A DNA stretch of 43,992 nucleotides, filler included, from Sphacelaria rigidula (Eukaryota): NCBI GenBank assembly GCA_964200075.2. It is 2 parts of 2 records of this genome, joined end to end, with 100 filler letters (N's around TTAATTAATTAA, not from the genome) between each part and the next. Parts side by side here need not be neighbours in the genome. Positions count along the whole stretch, not along the records: positions 22,049 to 43,992 come from CAXNAA020000372.1; 1 more part is not named here. One strand, written 5' to 3'. Below the pieces are notes generated by a model. It was not told the DNA's origin. It saw nothing but the letters and a program-made list of their open reading frames with translations, and did no database searches. The translations under genes were made by a program, and so were the position numbers. How positions within the stretch are numbered: position 1 is the first letter of the stretch; every line of letters begins with the position of its first letter. Shown piece after piece: positions 35,613-43,992 of the stretch.

Positions 35613-38600
35613 ATGCGAGTATGTCAAGCTGTGTGCATACTGGTAGGCTGGTCTGCGGTAGCAGCCTTCGTGCCCTCAGGCTCCAAGCTACATGCTCCCT
35701 TCTCCAAATACCTCTCATGCGTTGCTAGTGCTACTCCGGACTCTAGGAAACGGATTTCTGCCGCGCGAACATCGCAGAGCGGTACAGTTGAGCAAGCAAC
35801 ATGCACGTCAACAGCAACTTCAGCTGGTAGAAGAGCGGTTGCACCGATTGTTCTAGTAGGCTCCGACAGTGTCGTCTTGGGCTCGTTCGCGCAACACCTG
35901 TCGGCCGACCGTAGTAGCTGTGCGGTTATCGACCTCAGCGAGATTGCCAAGCAGGACGGCCCACGGGCAGTGGAAAAACTACTCCACGGGACCAAAGACG
36001 AAGGGGTGCTCGTTTGCCCTGTTGATGCCTGCCTTGGGTACCCTGAGTTGAACATGCTGGTGAGCAACCATCCGTTGACTGTACAGCTGGCTGTTGAAGG
36101 GGAGGACGCAGCTGCAAGATCAATGTGCGAGAAATCCACCAAGTACACAGTCGTCGTCGGCGCCCAGAGCCAGTCGAACGTAAGGGACGGTTATGCCTAT
36201 GCCAAGGAAGATCTGGCGCGATTGGTAGCTTTTGCTCGTAAGCCCAAGCCTTCGAAAGAGGACATCGCTTTGGATATGGGCAAGAACACTTTCTTCCTGT
36301 CTCTCACGTTTCCAGACTTCACCCCGCACGTTGACCTACTGCCCGACCTCTCTGAAGCTGTAGATGCCATGGAGCTACGAGTAGACTTGCTAGCAGACCA
36401 TGATCCCTATTCCGTGTTGAAACAGCTTTCAATCTTGCGGAGGCACACGGGCTACCTCCCAGTTGTCTTCACGGTCCGGTCCAAGGGCCAGTGCGGCGCA
36501 TTTCCAGACGACGCTGATGCGCTCTTCCGGCTAGCAAGGTGGGGCCTCCGTGCGGGCGCTGAGGTAATGGACGTGGAGGCTAACTGGCCCATGAGCTACA
36601 GGGAGGCTTTGATAGAGGAGGCTAGAAAGGGCTACCCGGGCGCAGTGATGGTTGGTTCATATCATGTCGTGGGTAAGAAGACCACAGAGGAGCAAGCTCG
36701 CAAGCTGTTCGCGGAGTGCTATCATAGCGGCGCTGTGGATGCTGTCAAGGTTTGGTTTTGTCATGTGTAGATTTGCACTGGTATTTGGGAAAGATTGGGA
36801 ACCTGGGATAATTTTTTTATCCACTTCAATGTCGTGCCGTGAGATCGTGTGTAGTGTGGAGCCTGCTACTCCCGTTCGCGGTTCCTGGTGTGTCAGGCGT
36901 ATGTCACACGTGGTCCAGCTTGTGAACGTACAAGATACGCTGCATCAAAAAGCGTTCCTGTATGCAAAGCTTCGTTATGTTTGGATATCGTTTTATCTTT
37001 CGATGAGAGCGCACTACAGTATGGCATGTGCGCCCACACCGTTACACGCTTTAATCATCAGCGAGTCTGGTTGGGCATTGCATCGTTGGTCGAAGGTTTG
37101 TAGTTGCTGTCCCTGGTTCTACGGCCGGATATGTACCTCCCGTACCTGCTAATATCGGATATCGCCCCCCCTCCCCCCCCCCGCCCCGCCCCACGCACCT
37201 GACCTACCATGCCCTGTGCATGATGCGACGCACCCTAATCAGGTGGTGACTACAGCCTACGAGGCAGATGACAACATCAGCGTGCACACTGCGGCCAAAT
37301 CACTTGGCCTACCAGTGCCGTATATCGGCCTGTGCCTTACAGAGGCGGGGAAGCTGAGCCGAGTTCTCAACGAACGCTACACACCCGTCACTCACGAAAA
37401 ACTGCCTTTCGTTGCCGCACCGGGACAATTATCGTCAGTAGAGATCATGAGGCACCGCGCAGATCTCGGCCTTTGCCCACCTCGCTCTTTTTTCCTATTC
37501 GGTTCCCCGATATCAGCGTCTCCCAGCCCCAACATGCACAATGCCGCATTCCGTAGGTGTGGTTTACCACACGAATATTCCTTGTGCGAAGGTGAAGACC
37601 CGGCTGTAATGGCAGCAGCGCTCGCCCGTCCCGATTTCGGTGGCGCTTCGGTCACCATCCCTCACAAGCAAAATGTGTTACCGTTGCTAGATGAAGTCAG
37701 CGAAGCAGCTGGGAAAATTGGGGCGGTGAACACGGTCATTGTGCTAACACACCCAGAAACTGGTGCCCGTCGGCTGATGGGTGACAACACCGATTGGCTG
37801 GGAATATTACGACCGGTGAAGGCTAGATTGGAGGCATCCGGATGGATAGAAGGGAGTGGAGGTGTTGCGCTCGTCGTTGGGGCTGGTGGAGCGGCGATGG
37901 GGGCGCTGTTTGCCATGCAGAAATTGGGGCTGGACGTTGTGGTGTATAATCGGACGCCTGCTAAGGCGGAGGAGCTGGCAGGGCGGTTCGGAGGTGCCGC
38001 TGTGTCGGCGTTGGACTCTGATACGTTGCAGCAAGCGTGCGGCGTTTCTGATTTGGATGTAGTGGTGTCGACTATTCCTGCTTCTGCAGAATTTACGATG
38101 CCCGAGCACCTGCTAAAAAACAAGGTATGACCAAAGACAGCTGAGATATGTTGGTACTTCTCGAATTGATGGTGAACTATTCGGGGGGTGGCGGGGGTGT
38201 CCTTTTCTGTGTGAGAGTGTACGCCGTTGTGAGGTACCGTATCCTTTGACTCATTGTCATGTTGTGTATATTGCATGTGCATCATGGCACAGGGTGATTT
38301 GCAGCTAGTGCACCCAAAGTGTACAACTTACGTCCTGTCGCTGGGGAGGAAATTCGTAGCAGTTTGTTGTTTGAACGACACTCCCCATCGAAATAGTAGG
38401 GGGTGGATCCACACGTCTCCACAGGTGTATGCGTGGTTCCGTTCCATATCCCGAAGACGGACTAGTTTTGCATTCGATGCATTATGTGAAAGCAAGCCTG
38501 GATGCAAGGCCACTGCAGCCGGGTAAGGACTCATATCCCTCACGTATGTTGCACTCTGCTCGATCGCTGTTCGTTCATGTTTTGTGATGCAGCCAGTAGT

Positions 38601-38790
38601 GTTCGATGCAGCCTACAAGCCAGCCTTGACGCCCCTGCTGGCGCAAGCGAAGGAAGCGCAATGTCCTTACGTGCAAGGAGCAGATATGCTAGTGGAGCAA
38701 GGCTTGGAGCAGTTTCATCTGTGGACTCAGCGGCGAGCCCCTAGAGAAGTCATGGAAGCCGCTGTTTTTGCCAAAGTTGACCGAATATGA
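35613..38790 (+). CDS. Plastid-targeted 3-dehydroquinate dehydratase (type I)/shikimate dehydrogenase with an N-terminal degenerate shikimate-kinase-like domain (AROM C-terminal type), 738 aa
   Basis: Exons 35613-36749, 37243-38124 and 38593-38790. Signal peptide followed by AAF-VP. DHQase motifs: ELRVD, FTVRSKGQCG, GSYH, VDAVK (Schiff-base Lys), GKLSRVLN, AAPGQL. SDH motifs: SPSPNMHN, SVTIPHK, GAVNT, GDNTD, GAGGAA, NRT, MLVEQG. Confidence 0.93.
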
Positions 38791-39549
38791 TTCGTTGAGA
38801 TGTGTTGGCGGGAAATAGAATAAAATTAGTTTTGGTCGACCATCCTTGAAAAAATTGCCGGACTGCCATCGCAAAAGACTGGGAACAGAGATTATGAGCG
38901 GTCAAGGCTTGAACCTGCCCACTCGTCTTTACTCGCAGCATGCAGCAAATTTTCCACTTGTATGTTGTATTTTTTACCTTTCTTTTCTTTTCATCTATTT
39001 ATTTCTCCTTCTGTCTTAAGTCTACTCTGTTATTCTCTTCTGCCTTTTCTGCTTCTTTTTTTTCTTTAGCTAGTGCTTTAGTTTTGTTTGTCTCGGGTAA
39101 GCCTATCATGTACCACGGCTGGATTCCTTGGGGGTTCAGTTTAAGTGCGACAGTCAATCAATCAATCAAATATGGTGAATTGCAAATTAGCTCATGCACT
39201 ACGAGGAATACGTGTCACTTCTACAGAAAGGTACACCTGTGAATCCACTTCTCGTGGCCGGGAAAAACACTGGGGGAAAAGTTCGGGCGGTGACGTTCTC
39301 ATGACAACCTGTCTCGATAAACCATTTCGAAGTCGGACCCTCAGGACCACCAACTAGGCCCCTTCGAGGTCATCAGTGTATACTGTCGAACGTCACGAAA
39401 TGATTTTCATTCTGGGATAATGTTTGATTCACGCTCGAAGTGTTACGCACGTTGCGGAGATTCTGACATCGCAGCAGATTGTGTGTGTGTGTGTGTGTTG
39501 TCGTCCCATCTACTCTAGACGCCAGTCGGCACCTTCCGGTATATATGGG

Positions 39550-39847
39550 CGTATCAGCCGGGCTCACACCGGGGAAAGGCCAACACGGGAGTTTTTTTTT
39601 TCTTCGTTTTGGCACTTCACCTTCCTTCTGAGGTGCTTGCCTGCTTCTTTATCGCGAGAGACTTTCAGCAGTCCCTTTCCTTCGTCGACTTTCAAGTTAA
39701 ATTTTGTGTATCCACGACTTGGTCGCCCTCCACTGTTGAGCACTGTGTGAGAAAAAATCCCAGACCGTGTGATCGTACCGAGATTCGAACCCACGACCCA
39801 AACTGTCAAAAGGTTTCGAGGTTACCAACTGAACCACCGGGGTGACC
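39550..39847 (-). mobile_element. tRNA-derived SINE-like element (copy 2)
   Basis: The minus strand reads GGTCACCCCGGTGGTTCAGTTGG (A box) ... GGGTTCGAATCTC (B box) ... GGGATTTTTTCTCACAC, collinear with 21496-21948. The 3' boundary is approximate. Confidence 0.7.
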
Positions 39848-40085
39848 GCCTTCTGAAGGCATTGGCGAGAGCTGAAAACAAGCGCTTGCAGCGTAGAGGG
39901 ATGTATTCCGCCTGGCATCCCGTCCGTGCGTTCGCAGGTCATGCCTGGGTAGCACATGTATCTTGTACGTCCAGGTGCGGGTACCGTACTTTACTATGCA
40001 GTACGGTAGTGTTGTGCTGTTGGAATATTTCTCTCTGCATGCAGAACACAGAAGATTCAAATACTGTACTGCGAATGAAGGTCGG

Positions 40086-40287
40086 AAGGGCAGTCGAGTA
40101 GATTATACTCAATTGCGGGGTATTTTTGGAAGTCGTACTTTAAGTACACAAAGTGGGAATGGGGTTTTAGGGATCGCCTTCCAGTAATGTTTTCGGTATG
40201 ACTCCCAACACTACCCTAATTTGAGTACCTCAAGTACGTCTTTCAAAAATACCCCGCAACCGAGTATACTTTACTCGACCTGCCCTT
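40086..40287. mobile_element. Foldback MITE-like element of about 200 bp
   Basis: AAGGGCAGTCGAGTAGATTATACTCAATTGCGGGGTATTTTTGGAAG pairs with CTTTCAAAAATACCCCGCAACCGAGTATACTTTACTCGACCTGCCCTT. The arms are imperfect and about 70 bp long. Confidence 0.6.
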
Positions 40288-41133
40288 GAAAAGTCGTGTA
40301 TTTACGGCTACAGTGACACACGTGGTGGGCTGCGACGGAAAAAATAAAGAGATGACTAATAGGGTAAAGTTGGGTGAAGCCCTGTTAGCTTTCAAAGGAT
40401 CAAACAAATTTCTTCATCCGTGTGTTGAGCCCATTATCATCTATCCTGTTATCTCGGATATCTCTACATTCTTGAGACATTTCGGACTCTGGGTTCGGAC
40501 ATCTCCGACAAGTTAGGCGGCTTGATTTTTCCTCCGACGCTTCACATTCGCTCAAGTCCGAACAATTTGGACCGCAACGCGGCACTTCGTAGGGGTGCCC
40601 TGTGTGTATACACTGTAGCACTCGCAAGAATTCGAGCGTCAAGAGCCTTGCCAGTATTACCCTGGGCCATGTCGGAGAGTAGAAGATGCCGTGGGTTGGC
40701 GAGAGTGGCATCTTCAGGCCGGCAAACGCAAGCCAACGACGAGATCAGCAGTGTGTCTGTGATATTACACGCCTGAAGTCCATAAGTACGCCACCCTCTG
40801 GGCCGTTTGGATATATCTCTATAACTTAATGACTTTTCCCAACAAAAACCCAGATAATAATGGCCCTTGGGTTGCTTCTCATGGGTATGAGTATAATTTC
40901 CACCACAAATGCTTATTTTGGCAATTTGGCGACGATTTTTGCCGAAAAAAGTGGCTTGGCGGGTTGTAGCAGGTCGGAGAGGTTGGTTACACTATTCTAG
41001 AAAATCCCCGCGCATTTTCGCGATTTTTTGCGCGTCTCAGTTGACTTTTGGTCGCACTGCCCTAGCGATTTTTCAGTCAACTCCAGAAATTCAAGCTCTC
41101 CAAGGGGTGCCATATCTTCTAGTTCCAACACCA

Positions 41134-41425
41134 CACACGCGGCCATTTGGCTACCTCCAAATTTCCTCCAGGTGGGTAAACTTTTTGAGCCTCCAGAGGA
41201 ATTAAACGCCTCCGAAGGAATTTTTTTGTTCCCTCCAGAGGGATTGAAAGCCTCCGGAGGGCCGCGCATACCCCAAAATTTCTCCGGAGGAGTGCGCGGC
41301 CCTCCGGGTCGGTAGAGTCTGGTTTCCTCCAGAGGGATGGAGGGCCTCGGAAGGCTTGTTTTACCCCTGGAGGGCCGCGCATCCCTCCGGAGGCATTTTG
41401 GGGTGTAGCCGAATGGCCGCGTGTG
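41134..41425. mobile_element. TIR element of about 290 bp filled with CCTCCGGAGG-type palindromic motifs
   Basis: CACACGCGGCCATTTGGCTAC and GTAGCCGAATGGCCGCGTGTG form a 20/21 inverted match. About ten internal CCTCCRGAGG variants. Confidence 0.65.
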
Positions 41426-42516
41426 CACACCCATTCATTCATAGCCCAACTTCGGCAGGGGAGGGGGGGGGAAGATGTAATTTACATACAATTAGGCTGC
41501 CAGACGTTGTCAGACACCTGGAAATGACTTTGATCCGCGTATCGAACGCAAATCTGAGCAAGGATTACACTCTTCGCGACACTTTGGTACGAGATGACTG
41601 CGAGTCAGAATGGTCGAGCTGATGTGGTGATTTTAAACCCCAGTCAGATGCCTCGGCTTTGTATTTATTTCCCTGGAGACCGTACCGTACCCTATAGGGG
41701 GGCTGTACGGAAAGATGAACTCAAGTCAGTTATTTTTGTGCGTTGGGACACTCGTGCAGCTAATGAGCGACTTGCAGAGACCTTCATACTAATTTATTAG
41801 TTTTCTTTGGACAATCTGTAGGATAGAATACCAAGACCAAAAAATGGGGGAAAGGGGGGGGGGAGAGGGAGATAGGTCATCATCGCACGACTGAGAGATA
41901 TCGCACCTCTTGAGTTCTCCGAAAATACTCAAGAAAAGCTTATGGAAAGAACGGTAGGTTTTTGGATAAGACAAGAAATCGCCAAGTCTGGTCACAAAGT
42001 AAAACTGGATACACGAAGGATCGAGATAGTTTTCTGGAACCCTGTCGGAGAGTATATCAAAGTGGTTGCGAGGTGGCACACAACACCATGTCCCCTTTTG
42101 TGCAAAACTCCGCGCCAAACCGTCAAGATTGGCAATTTCGCAGAGATTTTTTTGATATCCGCGACCAGCGATGTTTTAACTCGGAGGCTTCGTGCACACC
42201 AAAATGGAAGCGCCCTCTCGCGTGACATTTGCCATATTTCACTTGATGCTGCAGTGTAGCTTAGTTTAATGTCTATCCTGATGTATTCGTCGGAAGTGAG
42301 GGTTTACAAAAATTGCCTCCCCCTGACCACACTGCAGGTAGCCGTAAATAAAGCGCAGATATGCAATGCTACACAACTCATCGTTACAACCAATTTTGCA
42401 GCCGGACCTTTTGCAAGAAACCGAACAAGAGGAAGGAGCCCAGGGAGTACGTGGTGCAGATCATCGGTCGATGAATGGAGGTACGCTACAGTCTATACTT
42501 GAGTTATTCGATCCTT

Positions 42517-43358
42517 TCATGTTTTCTTCTCCCGACCTCCACCGAAGACTGATTGCAACACAGCACGGTCCATTCCACTTCCCTCCCCGCCACCCCCTCC
42601 CACATCCGCCACAGGTCTGGACTGCTTGAACCGCCGTCGTATCCTTCGGTGAGCATCAACAACTCCAGGAGAAGAGGGTCCCTCTCCATTTTTATCTCCG
42701 TCCCCCCCTCCTCCATTTTGTGCGGAAGGTACGGCGCTGGGAGTACTGGTGTCCTCTCGTCGCTTGCGTTTTCTCTCTTCCATCTTCGCGAATGACCGCC
42801 CGCTCTCCACTAGTTCCACGTATTTGGCGTTTTCCCTGTCAACCGCGAGTGCACACGTTACTTTCTAGTTCGAAAAGACTCACGAGAGCCCGGCGCACAC
42901 GAGGACCATGAGTGCGCAGTGCGGGGTTATCTCCTTGCCGACGCATACAGTGCTACCGCGCATAAAATATGAGACAAATAAGGGTCGGTAGGATAGGGGC
43001 TGCAAATGGGGCAATTGCCACCAGGGGGGCGCGGAAGTTGTATCAGAGCTTCCGCATTGCAGAAGCAAACCTGCACAATATAGAGTGAAGTAATGTGGCC
43101 CAACCCCAACACAACGTACGTACAACAGTCGATGAGGAGGACATTTCGGCTTCCACCGTACGCAGTGTAACGCTCACCTCTTGGCTTGCATCGTCTCGAG
43201 GCGAAGTTTTTGCGAACGCACTCTTCGCTCGTAAGCCACCTTTTCTGTCAAGTGATCCCACTTGAACTTTCTGAGGTACTTGAGATTCCACATGTCGTCG
43301 TGGTAGTAGTTGCGTTTTCTTCCCCCGATGCGCGTGTTGTTGAGGCTTTCTGCGATGG
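42517..43358 (-). CDS. ESF2: ESF2/ABT1 family pre-rRNA processing protein, last two exons (5' part lies outside the window)
   Basis: Exon 43358-43178 encodes [39 protein letters not shown], the ABT1/Esf2 signature. It splices in phase to 42835-42517 ([11 protein letters not shown]...stop). Confidence 0.9.
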
Positions 43359-43910
43359 CTGGCGCAAGTATCACATGAAAAATGCAACAAGGCAAGGAAG
43401 GCGGCACGTCCAGGGAACTAGTACGGGTAGCCTCGAAAGACGCAACCGAGATAGATACGTATGTGAAAATATGATTCCTCGATGGGCACTTGAGGGAATT
43501 TTCCCCTTATTTGTGGTGCTCCCCAAATCACGCGCCCTTCTATGAGCGTTTTTTTTCGTTCTTTAACCGAGAGGGGCTTGCAGGGGTAACTTTTTTCGCC
43601 AGCTAGCGGTGAGGATGTACACCACTTTTAACATATCTCCTACCGGTGTCGGGTTCCCGAGCCAACAATCTCCACGGGAGATTTTCCCGTGACTTTCTGA
43701 GCTCCGCTTTGAAGTCATCCACCAGTTGTGTGATTCCCCACCATACCTACCAATCTTCCGTCCCGACTGGACGTTTGGTCGCTGTTGGTGGGAACAGGGA
43801 TTCGAACCCGTGACCCTCCGTTCATGAAGCCTACGAGTTACAGTATCTCATGGTGTCGCCAATGTGAAAAGGTGTTTTTTCGACGGACACTTGTGGGAAT
43901 TTCCCTCTTC

Positions 43911-43992
43911 TACGAGCTGGGCCGCCCAAGAAGCTCACTTTCCTTCAGTCCGTTCTCACTTACGATGTACCGCGAGTTGTGCCTACTATTAC
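43911..43992 (+). mobile_element. Left end of another TACGAGCTGGGCC TIR element, running off the window
   Basis: TACGAGCTGGGCCGCCCAAG at 43911. Confidence 0.6.

Noticed and set aside
40086-40287. Foldback considered as a miRNA precursor
   Set aside because: Mismatches are a mix of G:T and A:C, with no strand bias, which fits a decayed DNA MITE better.
41190-41395. CRISPR-like array of short palindromic repeats
   Set aside because: The repeats are only 10 bp, the spacers are short and partly repeated, there are no cas genes, and the context is eukaryotic.
43795-43850. tRNA gene (GGGTTCGAATCCC on the minus strand)
   Set aside because: A T-arm/B box is present, but no acceptor or D stem could be built. 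Treated as a SINE-like relic.

Overview
Intron-rich eukaryotic nuclear DNA, most likely from a photosynthetic stramenopile such as a brown alga. This is an inference from the exon/intron style and from a signal peptide followed by an 'AAF-VP' (ASAFAP-like) plastid-targeting motif. Six protein-coding genes were assembled by hand from in-phase exons: mitochondrial aconitase (-, 3' end runs off the left edge, one GC-AG intron); a large low-complexity/coiled-coil protein (+); a single-exon BLOC-1 subunit 4/cappuccino-like gene (+); eIF2-alpha (-); a plastid-targeted protein resembling the C-terminal part of pentafunctional AROM, with a degenerate shikimate-kinase-like domain, type I DHQ dehydratase and shikimate dehydrogenase (+); and the 3' end of ESF2/ABT1 (-). 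Non-coding DNA holds TA-flanked TIR elements (one nested in another), a TTA-flanked Harbinger-like element whose empty site is visible in a paralogous copy, tRNA-derived SINE-like copies, small MITEs and a 100-bp artificial scaffold spacer. The most notable signals are a 403-nt foldback (25597-25999) whose transition mismatches are all G:U on the + strand, a candidate miRNA/hp-siRNA precursor, and the AROM-derived plastid enzyme with an apparent pseudokinase domain. All alignments and family calls were made by eye, with no database searches.
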